From positions 1 to 63,425 of the forward strand of contig CAYQXO010000001.1 of assembly GCA_964421495.1 (NCBI GenBank): DNA of 63,425 nt, in the 5' to 3' direction. A model generated the notes under the pieces. The model did no database searches. It saw nothing but the letters and a program-made list of their open reading frames with translations, and had not been told where the DNA came from. Shown here piece by piece: positions 44,552 through 56,071 of this stretch. The first letter of the stretch is position 1, and each line of letters opens with the position of its first letter. The position numbers and the translations under genes were made by a program. The DNA is from an uncultured Balneolaceae bacterium (GTDB taxonomy: Bacteria; Bacteroidota; Rhodothermia; Balneolales; Balneolaceae).

Positions 44552-46102
44552 TTATTCCCATTCAATGGTAGAAGGAGGTTTTGAACTAATGTCATATACG
44601 ACGCGGTTGACTCCTCGAACTTCGTTTATAATGCGATTCGAGACTTTTGAAAGAAACGAGTGGGGTAAATGGGCCCAGTCCGCCGTCATGCCGTCCACGC
44701 TCGTAACGGCCCGCAGGCCTGCCGTAAATTCATAGGTTCGTTCATCTCCCATAACGCCTACCGTTTGTATAGGCAATAGCACGGCAAAAGCCTGCCAGAC
44801 TTCATCGTATAAGTTCTGCTCTTTTAATTCATTGATAAATATATGGTCAGCTTCCCGCAGCATCTCCAGTTTGTCTCGATCAACATCTGAAATCACCCGA
44901 ATACCCAGTCCGGGACCGGGAAAGGGATGGCGTTTGAGAAAGTGTTCCGGGATACCGAGCGCTGCACCGACCTGCCGGACTTCGTCTTTAAAAAGTTCTC
45001 GAACCGGCTCTATCAACTCGAGGTTCATTTGATCGGGCAGACCGCCGACATTGTGGTGCGATTTAATAGTGGCCGAGGGACCCTTAAAGGAAATGCTTTC
45101 GATCACATCCGGATAGAGGGTTCCCTGGGCCAGGTACTTATAAGCTTCGTCATCGGCTATCGCCTCATCAAATATATCGATAAATGTATTACCAACAATC
45201 TTGCGTTTTTTTTCCGGATCAAAAACGCCTTCCAAACGGTCCAGAAATCGGTCGGACGCATCAATGCCCTTCACGGGTAAATTTAGATCTCTCTGGTAGA
45301 GATGTAAAACATCCTCGAATTCATTTTTGCGTAAAAGACCATTGTCAACGAATATACACTGTAACTGATCTCCGATGGCCTTGTGCACAAGTGTCGCCAC
45401 TACCGTGGAGTCTACCCCGCCGGAAAGGGCTGCGAGGACTTTATGATCCCCCACCTGCTGACGGATACCCTCCAGTGTTTCCTCGATGAAGGACTCGGCC
45501 GTCCAGTCACAATGAAGATTGCAAATTTCTAGCACGAAGTTTTCGATAACTTTTTTACCATATACCGTATGGATAACTTCGGGATGAAACTGAACTCCGT
45601 AGATCGGTTTCTCGATATGTCGAACGGCTGCGGTTTCGGCGTTTACGGTGTGGGCGATGACTTCATAGGAGGGGGGGAGCTCTATAATTTGATCACTGTG
45701 TGACATCCACACGACCGTTTCGGCCGGAATGTCCTTGAGCAAATCGCTGCCGTCATCCACTATAAGTTCGGAGCGGCCGAATTCACGCTTGTCAGCTTCT
45801 TCCACGCAACCGGGCCTTTCGCTGTGGGCAAGTAGTTGAAGGCCGTAACAGATACCCAGAATGGGGACCTCCCAGTCGAAAATATGCGTGTTGAGGCCGG
45901 GGGCATCCTCCTCATTGACGCTGCGGGGTCCGCCGGACAGGATAACGGCGTTCGGCGGCTGTTCGTCCATCGGGGACAGATCCTTGTTGAAGGGATGGAT
46001 TTCACAATATACGTTCAACTCACGGAATCGCCGCGCTATCAACTGGGTATATTGAGATCCATAATCCAGGATCAGAACCCACTCGTGATGTCGGATCTTC
46101 AT
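44552..46102 (-). CDS. guaA: GMP synthase (glutamine-hydrolysing)
   Basis: The GATase domain has [11 protein letters not shown]. The ATP-PPase motif is [10 protein letters not shown]. The C-terminus is [10 protein letters not shown]. Confidence 0.95.
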   Translation of the reverse strand: MKIRHHEWVLILDYGSQYTQLIARRFRELNVYCEIHPFNKDLSPMDEQPPNAVILSGGPRSVNEEDAPGLNTHIFDWEVPILGICYGLQLLAHSERPGCVEEADKREFGRSELIVDDGSDLLKDIPAETVVWMSHSDQIIELPPSYEVIAHTVNAETAAVRHIEKPIYGVQFHPEVIHTVYGKKVIENFVLEICNLHCDWTAESFIEETLEGIRQQVGDHKVLAALSGGVDSTVVATLVHKAIGDQLQCIFVDNGLLRKNEFEDVLHLYQRDLNLPVKGIDASDRFLDRLEGVFDPEKKRKIVGNTFIDIFDEAIADDEAYKYLAQGTLYPDVIESISFKGPSATIKSHHNVGGLPDQMNLELIEPVRELFKDEVRQVGAALGIPEHFLKRHPFPGPGLGIRVISDVDRDKLEMLREADHIFINELKEQNLYDEVWQAFAVLLPIQTVGVMGDERTYEFTAGLRAVTSVDGMTADWAHLPHSFLSKVSNRIINEVRGVNRVVYDISSKPPSTIEWE

Positions 46103-46168
46103 AAAAAATGGGGTGAAAAGAGTAAAATATTTTGCACTTTCCTTATAAAGGGAATGATAAAACGGATA

Positions 46169-46549
46169 TCAGGCAATTATTTCCTGATATTCATCTACGG
46201 AAAGTAAGTCGTCAAGCTCTGAATCGTCAGACATTTCAATCTTAACCATCCAGCCGTCGCCGTACGGATCATTATTGACGGCTTCTGGTTCATCCTCGAG
46301 TGATTCGTTGATTTCACTGATTTCGCCGCTGACGGGTGCATAGAGTTCCGAGACTGTTTTTACGGCTTCAACCGTCCCGAATACGTCGTCTTTTTCGACT
46401 TCCAGGCCTTCTTCTTCAAGCTCCACAAATACAATATCCCCCAACTCGCCCTGGGCAAAATCCGTGATGCCGATCGTTGCCGTACCGTCGCCGTTGTCTC
46501 GTACCCATTCATGTTCGCTTGTATATTTAAGATCTTCTGGAGTTTCCAT
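46169..46549 (-). CDS. gcvH: Glycine cleavage system protein H
   Basis: Size is 126 aa. The lipoyl-lysine motif is VEAVKTVSELYAPVSGEI. The N-terminus YTSEHEWV is typical. Confidence 0.95.
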   Translation of the reverse strand: METPEDLKYTSEHEWVRDNGDGTATIGITDFAQGELGDIVFVELEEEGLEVEKDDVFGTVEAVKTVSELYAPVSGEISEINESLEDEPEAVNNDPYGDGWMVKIEMSDDSELDDLLSVDEYQEIIA

Positions 46550-46554
46550 AGTGT

Positions 46555-47910
46555 CTATTTTTCTTTTTGCGTAGTAAATTGAAATGAGTTTTCCAGATAC
46601 TTCGTGTTATGTGTACCTTCTTGAAACCGCTCGTCATCCATCAATTGCAAGTGATAGGGTATGATGGTTTTGACTCCTTCCACGATGAATTCCGATAGAG
46701 CCCGGCGCATCCGACGTATGGCGCTGGGCCGGTCGGGTGCTCTGACAATCAATTTGGCTACCATGGAATCGTAATGCGGTGGAATTCGATAGCCGGCGTA
46801 AGCGTGAGTATCCAACCGAACACTGTGTCCGCCGGGCGGGTGCATCACTTCTATCGTACCTGCGGTGGGCCTGAAATTCTTGGCTGGATCTTCTGCATTG
46901 ATGCGGCATTCGATGGCATGTCCCCGCATTTCGAGGGGTTTGTCTTTTAGCTTTTCCCCCGAGGCAACGCGGATTTGCTCTTCAACAAGGTCGTAATCGG
47001 TGATTTCCTCCGTAACCGGATGTTCAACCTGGATACGGGTGTTCATCTCCATAAAGTAAAATTTGTGATTTTTATCGACCAGGAATTCGACGGTACCGGC
47101 TCCCTCGTAATCCACGGCTTTAGCAGCATTTACGGCAGCATCCCCCATTTTTTTGCGCAACTTCTCATCTACAATGGGAGAGGGGGCTTCCTCCAGGACT
47201 TTTTGATGCCGCCGTTGAAGCGAGCAGTCTCTTTCCCCGAGGTGAATCACGTTCCCGTATTGATCGCCCAGCACCTGTATTTCCACGTGGTGCGGGTCCT
47301 CGATATATTTTTCGATATAAACCGAGGGATCATTGAAGGCTCCCTCTGCCTCGGTGCGGCACATTTCGTAACTTTTTTTCAAATCGGATGGTTCGTGCAC
47401 CACTCGCATTCCGCGTCCACCGCCGCCGGAAGAGGCTTTAATGATGATGGGATACCCGATTTCTTCCGCCACTTTTTCGGCTTCTTCAAGCGACTCAACA
47501 TCTCCTTCACTGCCGGGAAGGATAGGGACCCCGCTTTCCTCCATGGTGGCTTTGGCAACGGATTTATCTCCCATCGAGGCAATCGCATCGGCCGAGGGAC
47601 CGATAAACTTCAGATCGTGTTCGGCGCAGATGCGGGAAAATTCGGCGTTCTCCGAAAGGAAACCGTATCCCGGATGGATGGCTTCGGCATTGGTTATTTC
47701 GGCCGCCGCGAGAATGCTTGGGATTTTCAGGTAGCTTTCGCGGCTCGAGGGGGGACCTATGCAAACGGCCTCGTCGGCGAATTTTACGGGGAGACTGTTT
47801 TCGTCGGCCGTCGAATAGACCGCAACGGTATTAATCCCCATTTCCTTACATGTTCGGATGACTCGAAGGGCAATTTCTCCCCGGTTCGCAATAAGTATCT
47901 TGTTGAGCAT
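46555..47910 (-). CDS. accC: Acetyl-CoA carboxylase biotin carboxylase subunit
   Basis: [26 protein letters not shown]... and ATP-grasp motifs, immediately downstream of accB. Confidence 0.95.
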   Translation of the reverse strand: MLNKILIANRGEIALRVIRTCKEMGINTVAVYSTADENSLPVKFADEAVCIGPPSSRESYLKIPSILAAAEITNAEAIHPGYGFLSENAEFSRICAEHDLKFIGPSADAIASMGDKSVAKATMEESGVPILPGSEGDVESLEEAEKVAEEIGYPIIIKASSGGGGRGMRVVHEPSDLKKSYEMCRTEAEGAFNDPSVYIEKYIEDPHHVEIQVLGDQYGNVIHLGERDCSLQRRHQKVLEEAPSPIVDEKLRKKMGDAAVNAAKAVDYEGAGTVEFLVDKNHKFYFMEMNTRIQVEHPVTEEITDYDLVEEQIRVASGEKLKDKPLEMRGHAIECRINAEDPAKNFRPTAGTIEVMHPPGGHSVRLDTHAYAGYRIPPHYDSMVAKLIVRAPDRPSAIRRMRRALSEFIVEGVKTIIPYHLQLMDDERFQEGTHNTKYLENSFQFTTQKEK

Positions 47911-47932
47911 GAAACTGATAAATTACGGTGAA

Positions 47933-48445
47933 TTACTTTTTCTCAATTTTGAACAGTGGCTGTTCAAATTCCACGGGCTGGGCATCTTCCACCAGCACCT
48001 CCTTTATTACGCCGGACTTCTCCGACTCAATTTCGTTCATTATTTTCATTGCTTCCACGATACATACGGTCTGGCCTTCTTTCACTTCATCTCCCACTTC
48101 AATAAACGGATCGGAATCCGGGGAGGGGGAGCGGTAAAAGGTTCCTACGATAGGAGAGGTGATCGTTTCAAATTGTTCCTCTTCCGCAGTTTCCTCCTCG
48201 GTCGAAGAAGCCGACGGCTGATTACTATCCTGTTGTTGAACCGGGGGAGTAGCGGGTTGTTGTTGCGGCTGCGGCTGGGCCGGAATTTGATACTGCGGTG
48301 GAATTGCGGCATAGGCCGCCTCCTGATGATCCTGTTCGGCCTGCTTCTTCACCTTTATCTTAAATTCCCCTTCCTCTATCGATACCTCGTCTACGTCACT
48401 ATCGGCAATCAGATTCAATAAATTTTCTACAAGTTTGAGATCCAT
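47933..48445 (-). CDS. accB: Biotin carboxyl carrier protein of acetyl-CoA carboxylase
   Basis: A Pro/Gln-rich linker is followed by the biotinyl-lysine motif [13 protein letters not shown]. Confidence 0.9.
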   Translation of the reverse strand: MDLKLVENLLNLIADSDVDEVSIEEGEFKIKVKKQAEQDHQEAAYAAIPPQYQIPAQPQPQQQPATPPVQQQDSNQPSASSTEEETAEEEQFETITSPIVGTFYRSPSPDSDPFIEVGDEVKEGQTVCIVEAMKIMNEIESEKSGVIKEVLVEDAQPVEFEQPLFKIEKK

Positions 48446-48447
48446 AA

Positions 48448-49023
48448 TTAGTCTGTCTTTACGCGTTCAATGTATTCGCCGGTTCGAGTATCTACCTTGA
48501 TTTCCTCATCACGTTCTATGAATAGAGGCACCTGTACAACGGCTCCTGTTTCCAACGTGGCCGGTTTACTGCCACCCTGAGCCGTATCCCCCCGCACGCC
48601 GGGATCGGTTTTGACAACTTTGGCATCAATTTGTGCCGGGGGCTCAGCATAGAGCACTTTCTCATTGTCAACGTCAATCATCAAGGTACAAACTTCACCG
48701 TCTTTGATAAATTCGGTCTTTTTAACCCGGGCTCTTTCCAGGGGAACCTGTTCGTACGTTTCCTGGTGCATAAAGAAGAACATGTCTTCTTCGGCGTATA
48801 AAAATTGGTAAGGGTGACTCTCCACCCTTACTGATATCAATTTTTCGCCGGAACGGAACGTTTTATCCAGGGTCTTTTCGTTGACAACCCCTTTAAGTTT
48901 GGTGCGAATAAAAGCGCCGCCTTTCCCGGGCTTTACGTGCTGAAAGTCGTCAATGGTATATAACTCACCATCCAGATCTATCGTGAGACCATTGCGAATT
49001 TCGGATGTATCGATCTTTGGCAT
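48448..49023 (-). CDS. efp: Elongation factor P
   Basis: Size is 191 aa. The modified-lysine loop is [16 protein letters not shown]. Confidence 0.95.
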   Translation of the reverse strand: MPKIDTSEIRNGLTIDLDGELYTIDDFQHVKPGKGGAFIRTKLKGVVNEKTLDKTFRSGEKLISVRVESHPYQFLYAEEDMFFFMHQETYEQVPLERARVKKTEFIKDGEVCTLMIDVDNEKVLYAEPPAQIDAKVVKTDPGVRGDTAQGGSKPATLETGAVVQVPLFIERDEEIKVDTRTGEYIERVKTD

Positions 49024-49120
49024 AGTTCTATAATGTAAAAAGATTCATAAAACCGGAAAAATAACTTCCGTTCTGAAAGTGAATGGAGCCTTAAAATAGA
49101 ATTTATATTGCTAAAATCAC

Positions 49121-50476
49121 TTAAAATGTTCCAAACAGGGTGGAAACCAGGTTGTAGAGTATCGCAAGGGGGGCGAGCACCTTGATAAAAACGGGCCAGG
49201 CTTTGCGGACGATTGATTTTTCGAACTGATCGTAGCCTACCTCCAGTTCGGCCATGGCATCCTGGGGTCCCCACTTGTATCCGACGAACAGACAGATCAG
49301 GAAACCGCCCAGGGGAAGACCTATACTGCTGAATATCAGGTCAAGGGTACCGATTAAACTAATATCAAATGAAATGAACAGGGATACGAGCAGTATGCCC
49401 GAACCGACGCCCATGGCCGCCTTCTTCCGCTGAACTCCGTGTTCGTCGATCGCATATGCCGTTACGACCTCTAAGAGGGATATGGTAGAAGTAAGGGCCG
49501 CGATAGACAAAAGCAGAAAGAATCCCACCCCGAAGACCATGCCCCACATGCCTCCGATATTATGGAACATGTTGGGCAAAACCTGGAAAATCAGGGCCGG
49601 ACCGGCTTTCAATCCTCCTCCTTCGAAGATCGTAATTCCGTTGCTTTGAGCGACAAACATGGCGGGTATAATGAGCAGACCGGCTAGAAAGGCGATACCG
49701 GTATCAAATAACGTTACATAGGCCGCAGCTCCCGCAATATTTTCTCGTTTCGGGAGGTAGGAGCCGTACGTGATGATAGCTCCCATTCCGAGGGACAGGG
49801 AGAAGAAAGCCTGTCCCATAGCGGCAAAAATAACCTCCGCATTGATTTTTGTGAGGTCGGGAGTCAAATAGCGGGACAACCCTTTGGCGCTTCCTTCCTG
49901 CGTCAGTACATAACCGATCAGAATTATAAGAATCAGAATTAACAGCGGCATGAGGGTTTTGGTGGCTTTTTCGATACCTTCGGCCACGCCCCCGGTGATA
50001 ATGGCGATCGTCGCGCTCATGAATAAAACAGAGAACAGCGCATTATTGATACCGTGGCTGGTATCCCCGAACCAGTTGGACAACTCGGCCATACCCATGA
50101 AGTGGAATAATTCTTCAAAAACGTAACTAAAAGTCCATCCGGCAACTACCGTATAATAAGAAAGAATCATGATGCCGCAGAGAACGCCCCAGGCACCGAT
50201 GAGCATATAGAGTTTATTATCACTGGCCAGAAATTTAAAGGCTCCCACGGGATTTTTCCGACTATTTCGGCCGATCGACATTTCAGCCATCATAACGGGA
50301 TAGCCAATGAGAAAGGCAAAAACCAAATAGATAAGTAGGAAAACTCCACCCCCGTGCGATGCGGCCTCGGTGGGAAAGCGCCAGATATTCCCTAAACCGA
50401 CAGCAGATCCAGCCGCTGCAAGGATAAATGCAAGTTTGCCACTCCAGATACCTCGTTCTTTTGTCGCTTCAGCCAA
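49121..50476 (-). CDS. Sodium-dependent transporter of the SNF (neurotransmitter:sodium symporter) family
   Basis: The N-terminal signature is LAFILAAAGSAVGLGNIWRFP, with about 11-12 TM segments. The listed start is TTG, so the start is uncertain. Confidence 0.85.
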   Translation of the reverse strand: MAEATKERGIWSGKLAFILAAAGSAVGLGNIWRFPTEAASHGGGVFLLIYLVFAFLIGYPVMMAEMSIGRNSRKNPVGAFKFLASDNKLYMLIGAWGVLCGIMILSYYTVVAGWTFSYVFEELFHFMGMAELSNWFGDTSHGINNALFSVLFMSATIAIITGGVAEGIEKATKTLMPLLILILIILIGYVLTQEGSAKGLSRYLTPDLTKINAEVIFAAMGQAFFSLSLGMGAIITYGSYLPKRENIAGAAAYVTLFDTGIAFLAGLLIIPAMFVAQSNGITIFEGGGLKAGPALIFQVLPNMFHNIGGMWGMVFGVGFFLLLSIAALTSTISLLEVVTAYAIDEHGVQRKKAAMGVGSGILLVSLFISFDISLIGTLDLIFSSIGLPLGGFLICLFVGYKWGPQDAMAELEVGYDQFEKSIVRKAWPVFIKVLAPLAILYNLVSTLFGTF

Positions 50477-50659
50477 CGGTTACTCCGGTTTTGATTCTGA
50501 GTTATGCCTTTTCTTGTCCGGCATTCAGTCGGTATTTTCACTACAATTCGGTATGTCCGACAGACTGCCTGGGTTTCGCTAAAATATTTTATGGCCTCTT
50601 TTATTGCAACTATAAGCAATTATTTATTGTATAGCATGCCGTTACAATATTTATCTGAT

Positions 50660-52699
50660 TCAGTCGTCCCCCGCTCGCTTACGGCAGACCATTCCCGTTG
50701 AGGGAGCTAGTTTATAGGACTCACGAACCTCCCCCAGCGTATCGGTGCCGGCTTGCTCGGCGTTGGCCACTATTTGCCAGGTTCCGCCGGGAAGATTTCC
50801 GCCATTTTTTTCCTCATTATTACCATTCAAGGCCACAAAATAATCGTAGGGATCATTGGCCGAGTTACCTTTAATGGTAAAAGCAAGGTGAAAGGGATCT
50901 TCCGTTTCCAGAAAGTCGATATGGTCTTCATCGGAATTACGCAGGGCGGGGGCATTCTTGCGTAATTTAATCAGTCCCCGGTAGTAGGAGACCAACGCTT
51001 TATTGATTAACAGTTCCTCGAAATTCAGGTGATTGGTGTCATTATCCTTGTTGTAACTATCGTGGTCAATTTTACCGATATCCGGATCTCTGGCATGGGA
51101 ATCGGCAATTACTTTGGAACGCCCCCATTCCTGTCCCTCATGTATCATGACACATCCCTGCGAGACGAATAGGAATAGGGCCCCCAGCTTGGCCATTTTC
51201 ATTTCCTTCGAGCTGAATCGAAGATGATTCTTTCGATTCTGCACTTTTCGCTGGATAAGTTCCGGATCCTGGTTGATACGGATAAAATCTCCAAGGGTGT
51301 ATCCGTCATGGGATTCCAGGTAATTGACACTGTGTTCGGATGTATTGAACAGTCCGTTGGGCCGATGTTCGAGCGTGCCGAGCACTAAATTTTGAAGAAC
51401 CTCCCGGCTGGTTTCATATTGCCAGTTTCCCGTCAGGAAACCGGGATCATCAATAGGGTGCGAACCTTTTACACCATTGCGAATCTTGTCGTTCCATGCT
51501 CCGATTTCGCGGTCAGAATACCCGTTTGGATCGTAATGAGGTCCCCAGGGTTCGGCAATTAAAATGGCGTTTGGATTGATGGAGAGGGCCTTGCTGCGGA
51601 TGGTCTCCATGGTTTCCCAGTCGATCAGCGGAGCCAGATCAAATCTGAAGCCGTCGATGTGAAATTCCTCCATCCAGTAGGCAATCGAATCGACGATGAG
51701 TTTACGGGCCATGGGGGACTCCGTTTTAAAATCGTTGCCGCAGCCGCTGTGTGATTCGAAATTCCCCTGTTCGTCGAAACGAAAATAATAGGATTTGTCA
51801 ATATATTTTAGTGGATTGAGATCATACTGGGAAACGTGATTGTACACTACATCCATGATGACGGCGATTCCCTCGTCATGCAAGGCCTTGACCATATCCT
51901 TAAATTCCCGGATCCCGTCTTCCTGCAGGCCGTTGACCTCTCCCGGACCGATACTGCCCGACTCGGCAAAACGGGCTTCCGGAGCGAAAAAGAAGGAGGT
52001 CATATATCCCCAGTGATTTCTCTCATAGGGATTCCAGTGATTACGGACTCCTTCTTCCGTTGTCTTCTTAAAAGGGGGCTCAAAATAGGCGTAGTTCTGA
52101 AGCGGTAAAAATTCCACTGCATTCACGCCCATGCGTTTCAGGTGAGCAATTCCACCTTCCTGGCGGAGATCGGTGAATCCTCGATACGTGCCGGGCCGGG
52201 AGCACTTTGCAGATGGATGAAAGGTCATGTCCTTGAGATGAGCTTCGTAAATGATAAGATCGGAAAGGTTATCTATCTGGATGAACTTATCGGATTCCCA
52301 GTCGTAGGAGAGGTCGACTATTTTGGTAAGCGGTTCCTGGCGATGATCGTTACGATGAGAAACCCACTTACTGTAGGGATCTGCGATGACGGTGTCTGCA
52401 GACATGAAATCGGCCGGTCCATCTTCGGGCGAATTTATATCGTAACCGTAATAGAGACCGATTAGATCTTTTTCTATGCAAACGTACCACCAGCCTTCCT
52501 CGTCCCCTGTCATTGTAACCGAGCGGGGATTATCACTCTCGTACTCGTCGAAAATCATCAGGTTAACTTCCGGGGATCGCGGACAGAATAATTTGAAAAC
52601 GGTTCGTTGCCCCGTAAACGTTACGCCGGGTTGGTAGGTAGCATGATCAATATCATGGGTAATATCTTCCTCAGAAACAGGATGAACAGGGATAGTCAT
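50660..52699 (-). CDS. GH13 alpha-1,6-glucosidase, pullulanase/debranching type
   Basis: GH13 conserved regions are present: VIMDVVYNHV, DGFRFDLA, IAEPWG, YLESHDG. An N-terminal CBM48-like segment is present. No signal peptide is evident. Confidence 0.7.
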   Translation of the reverse strand: MTIPVHPVSEEDITHDIDHATYQPGVTFTGQRTVFKLFCPRSPEVNLMIFDEYESDNPRSVTMTGDEEGWWYVCIEKDLIGLYYGYDINSPEDGPADFMSADTVIADPYSKWVSHRNDHRQEPLTKIVDLSYDWESDKFIQIDNLSDLIIYEAHLKDMTFHPSAKCSRPGTYRGFTDLRQEGGIAHLKRMGVNAVEFLPLQNYAYFEPPFKKTTEEGVRNHWNPYERNHWGYMTSFFFAPEARFAESGSIGPGEVNGLQEDGIREFKDMVKALHDEGIAVIMDVVYNHVSQYDLNPLKYIDKSYYFRFDEQGNFESHSGCGNDFKTESPMARKLIVDSIAYWMEEFHIDGFRFDLAPLIDWETMETIRSKALSINPNAILIAEPWGPHYDPNGYSDREIGAWNDKIRNGVKGSHPIDDPGFLTGNWQYETSREVLQNLVLGTLEHRPNGLFNTSEHSVNYLESHDGYTLGDFIRINQDPELIQRKVQNRKNHLRFSSKEMKMAKLGALFLFVSQGCVMIHEGQEWGRSKVIADSHARDPDIGKIDHDSYNKDNDTNHLNFEELLINKALVSYYRGLIKLRKNAPALRNSDEDHIDFLETEDPFHLAFTIKGNSANDPYDYFVALNGNNEEKNGGNLPGGTWQIVANAEQAGTDTLGEVRESYKLAPSTGMVCRKRAGDD

Positions 52700-52745
52700 G
52701 TATGAGTAAAAGCTGAACGATTTTAAAAGGGATGAACAAGTAAGA

Positions 52746-54785
52746 TTAACTTATCTGACTTCCGGGCTCGGCATCGGTTTCGAGAAAATGGAAGTTGTCT
52801 TCGGTATCCTGGGCCATCAGGATCATACCCTGGCTTTCAACGCCCATCATTTCTTTGGGGGCAAGATTTGCAACCACCCCGATTTTACGTCCCACGATTT
52901 CATCGGGATGGTATTGCCTGGCGATACCGGCAACCAGGGTCCGTTTTTCAAAGCCGATATCCACTTCAAGCCTGAGCAGCTTGTCGGCTTTGGGAATGGG
53001 AGAGGCATTTACAATTTTTCCAACGCGGAGATCCAGCTTGGAAAAAGTGTTGAAGTTAACTTGATTCTTCAAGGGCTCGTAGTGTTTTTGGTCCGGCTCA
53101 GCTTCTTGTGAGCGCTGCTTTAATTTATCGAGTTGTTTCTCGACTACCTGGTCCTCAATTTTCTCGAACAGTATATCGCCCGAATCTATCGTATGGCCCG
53201 GTTCCAGCATCTCCAGCCCTATATCGGTCCAATACGCTTCATCTTCCATTTGCAAGTAGGAGCGGAGCTGTTTCATCTTGGCGGGCATGACCGGGTCGAA
53301 GAGCACGGAGAGAGCCGCCGAGATTTGAAGGCATACGTGGAGCGTATTACCGCAATCCGACCGGTTATCCTTGCGGGTTTTCCAGGGTTCTTTTTCGGTA
53401 AAGTAACGATTGCCGATGCGAGCAAGTTCCATGGATTCGGATAACGCTTCCCGAAACCGGAAACGTTCGAATCGATCTTCTACTTCCCGTTTCTGCCGGT
53501 CAATCTGCTCCAGTACTTCCCGATCTCGTTCACCGGGTTGATCCAGGGGCGGAACCTGTCCGTCAAAATACTTGGTGGTAAACGTCAGCGTACGATTGAT
53601 AAAGTTGCCGAGTACGTCGGCCAGTTCGTTGTTGTTTTTGCTCTGGAAATCTTCCCAGGAAAAGTCGGCGTCACTTGTTTCGGGTAAGATGGTGCCCAGG
53701 ACGTACCGCATTAAATCGGGTTCAAATTCATCCAGGTATTCATCCAGCCATACCGCCCATCCGCGGGAAGTGGACAGTTTTCGTCCCTCGAGGTTCAGAA
53801 ATTCATTGGCCGGGACGTTGTCCGGCAAAATATAGTCCCCGTGCGCCATGAGCTGGGCGGGAAACATGATACAGTGGAATACGATGTTATCCTTACCGAT
53901 GAAATGCACGAGTTTGGTGTCACTGTCCTGCCAGTATTTTTTCCACTCGTCCGGTTTGCCCTTTGCTTCAGCCCATTCTTTCGTGGCGGAGATATATCCG
54001 ATCGGGGCATCAAACCATACGTATAAAACCTTGCTCTCCATATCTTCGGCCGGGACCGGTACGCCCCACTTCAAATCCCGCGTTACAGCGCGATCCTCCA
54101 ATCCCTGCTGCAGCCAGCTTTTGCATTGGCCGAGGACGTTGGATTTCCAGTCGTCTTGCTGGTTTAACCAATTTTCCAGTCGCTCTTGAAACTCGCCGAG
54201 AGGGAGGTAGAGATGCTCCGTTTTGCGTTTAACGGGTTTGTTGCCGGTGAGCGCACTTCGGGGATTAATCAGCTCGGTGGGGGAGAGAGAGGAACCGCAA
54301 TTTTCACATTGATCGCCGTAGGCCTCTTCAAAATCGCATTTCGGACAGGTACCCACGACATACCGGTCGGGAAGGAACATATCGGCTTCTTCATCATATA
54401 ATTGCTCCTCGGTTTTGCGTTTGAAGACCCCTTTTTCGTACAGGGTTCGAAAAAACTCGCGGGCCGTTTCATGGTGGACGTCAGAGCTGGTCCGTCCAAA
54501 ATAGTCGAAGGAGATACCAAAGCGCTCGAAAATTCGCTTATTCGCCTGGTGGTACTCTTCAACCACTTCAGGAGGCGTTTTCCCGGACTGCTCGGCGGCA
54601 ATTGTGATCGGGACCCCGTTTTCGTCCGATCCGCAGATGTATAGTATGTCTTCTTTACGGGAGCGTTTATAGCGCACATAGAAGTCAGCCGGCAAGTAAG
54701 CCCCCGCCATATGTCCCAAATGAATGGGGCCGTTGGCGTAAGGAAGAGCCGATGTTACTAATATTCTTTGATAATCTCTGGCCAT
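52746..54785 (-). CDS. metG: Methionine--tRNA ligase with a C-terminal tRNA-binding (Trbp111/EMAP-like) domain
   Basis: The ATG at 54785 gives MARDYQRILVTSALPYANGPIHLGH (HIGH motif). KLSTSRG is the KMSKS-like motif. A Zn knuckle is CPKCDFE...CENCG. The C-terminal domain contains LDLRVGKIV. Confidence 0.95.
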   Translation of the reverse strand: MARDYQRILVTSALPYANGPIHLGHMAGAYLPADFYVRYKRSRKEDILYICGSDENGVPITIAAEQSGKTPPEVVEEYHQANKRIFERFGISFDYFGRTSSDVHHETAREFFRTLYEKGVFKRKTEEQLYDEEADMFLPDRYVVGTCPKCDFEEAYGDQCENCGSSLSPTELINPRSALTGNKPVKRKTEHLYLPLGEFQERLENWLNQQDDWKSNVLGQCKSWLQQGLEDRAVTRDLKWGVPVPAEDMESKVLYVWFDAPIGYISATKEWAEAKGKPDEWKKYWQDSDTKLVHFIGKDNIVFHCIMFPAQLMAHGDYILPDNVPANEFLNLEGRKLSTSRGWAVWLDEYLDEFEPDLMRYVLGTILPETSDADFSWEDFQSKNNNELADVLGNFINRTLTFTTKYFDGQVPPLDQPGERDREVLEQIDRQKREVEDRFERFRFREALSESMELARIGNRYFTEKEPWKTRKDNRSDCGNTLHVCLQISAALSVLFDPVMPAKMKQLRSYLQMEDEAYWTDIGLEMLEPGHTIDSGDILFEKIEDQVVEKQLDKLKQRSQEAEPDQKHYEPLKNQVNFNTFSKLDLRVGKIVNASPIPKADKLLRLEVDIGFEKRTLVAGIARQYHPDEIVGRKIGVVANLAPKEMMGVESQGMILMAQDTEDNFHFLETDAEPGSQIS

Positions 54786-54883
54786 ATTCAAAAATCAATT
54801 GTTGTTAGTTTATACAAAACGGGACGCGATGAATTTAACACCTAGCTCGAACAAACCCAATATCGTCAGCTGTTTTTGGAGTT

Positions 54884-55417
54884 TCACCATTGTTTTTGCA
54901 GTAATCCGTATAGTACGGCGCCTACGGTTACCGAGATATTAAGCGAATGCTTGTGCCCATACTGGGGGATTTCTATGCATTCATCCGCGATTTCCAATAT
55001 TCGATCATCGATGCCCGTAACCTCATTTCCAAATAATAAACACAAAGGTCGGGAGGATGAAGGAGTAAATTCCGGCAAGGGCGTGCTGTTTGTAGTCTGT
55101 TCAAGACCGATTATGCGGTAATTATGGTCATTTAAATATTCTACTACGGGTTCTGCCTCTTCCTGATGCCGCCAATCCACGTATTTTTCCGCCCCAATTG
55201 CGGTTTTTGTTATTTCAGACCGGGGAGGGCAGGGGGTGAAACCCGACAGCAGGAGTTCCGAAATGCCGAAGGCATCAGCCGATCTGAAGACAGCCCCTAC
55301 GTTATGCAAACTTCGAATATTATGAATCCATACTTTTAAATTTTGAAGCAGGGAGGGAGGAGTTCTTGCTAAATTACGTTCGAGTATTTTTCGGGTGGTA
55401 AGTTTTTGTACTGACAT
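54884..55417 (-). CDS. TrmH/SpoU-family RNA 2'-O-methyltransferase
   Basis: SPOUT motifs are NVGAVFRSADAFG, LLFGNEVTGI and IPQYGHKHSLNISVTVGAVLY. The ATG at 55417 is preferred to the adjacent TTG. Confidence 0.75.
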   Translation of the reverse strand: MSVQKLTTRKILERNLARTPPSLLQNLKVWIHNIRSLHNVGAVFRSADAFGISELLLSGFTPCPPRSEITKTAIGAEKYVDWRHQEEAEPVVEYLNDHNYRIIGLEQTTNSTPLPEFTPSSSRPLCLLFGNEVTGIDDRILEIADECIEIPQYGHKHSLNISVTVGAVLYGLLQKQW

Positions 55418-55556
55418 CAAGTATTGTATATTTTTTGAATCACAGAAGCGAAAGCTTCCAATATTTTAAAGGAATATCCGTTGCTTTGCATGGAATAGTA
55501 TTGTAACAATCGATATTAACGTTCACATTGTTTAATTAAAAGCACTGTCTAAAACC

Positions 55557-56027
55557 GTGAAAAAGAATTATCTGTCCAGGGAAGGTTACGAAGAACTCCG
55601 CGAAGAGCTGCATGAATTGAAGACCAGCGAGCGGAGGCGTATAGCCCAAACAATAGCGGAAGCCAGGGAGAAAGGTGATCTGAGTGAAAATGCAGAATAC
55701 GATGCGGCAAAAGAAGAACAGGGGAAACTGGAAGCCCGTATTGCTGATCTGGAAAAAAAATTGGCCAACGCCCAGATTCTGGAAGAAGAAGACGTTAAAA
55801 CAGATAAAGCCTATCTCTTGTCCACGGTCACCATCCTCAATAAAAATACGGACAAAGAGATGCAGTACAAGCTGGTCTCGGCTGACGAAAGCGATATAAA
55901 TCAAAACAAATTGTCTATTGAATCCCCTATAGGAAAAGCGATCCTGGGACAGGAAGAAGGAGATGTTGTTAATGTTGATGTCCCGGCGGGAACACTGGAG
56001 CTGGAAATCCTCAGTATCGATCGCTGA
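55557..56027 (+). CDS. greA: Transcription elongation factor GreA
   Basis: Size is 156 aa. The coiled-coil N-terminus carries [12 protein letters not shown]. The C-terminal domain carries [15 protein letters not shown] start. Confidence 0.9.
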   Translation: MKKNYLSREGYEELREELHELKTSERRRIAQTIAEAREKGDLSENAEYDAAKEEQGKLEARIADLEKKLANAQILEEEDVKTDKAYLLSTVTILNKNTDKEMQYKLVSADESDINQNKLSIESPIGKAILGQEEGDVVNVDVPAGTLELEILSIDR

Positions 56028-56071
56028 TCCTGTATAATTACTAATCTTTCACTTTTCATCGAGATAACTAA

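Noticed and set aside
46975-47931. A 318-aa ORF on the plus strand, plus similar long antisense ORFs at 6278-6892, 12661-13251, 32353-32988, 33253-33885, 40336-40848 and 47858-48421.
   Set aside because: Each lies entirely antisense to a gene with strong motif support (accC, the T9SS-sorted protein, radical SAM, ettA, the PSCyt1/barrel protein, accB). Their translations are low-complexity with no recognisable motifs. They are typical shadow ORFs.
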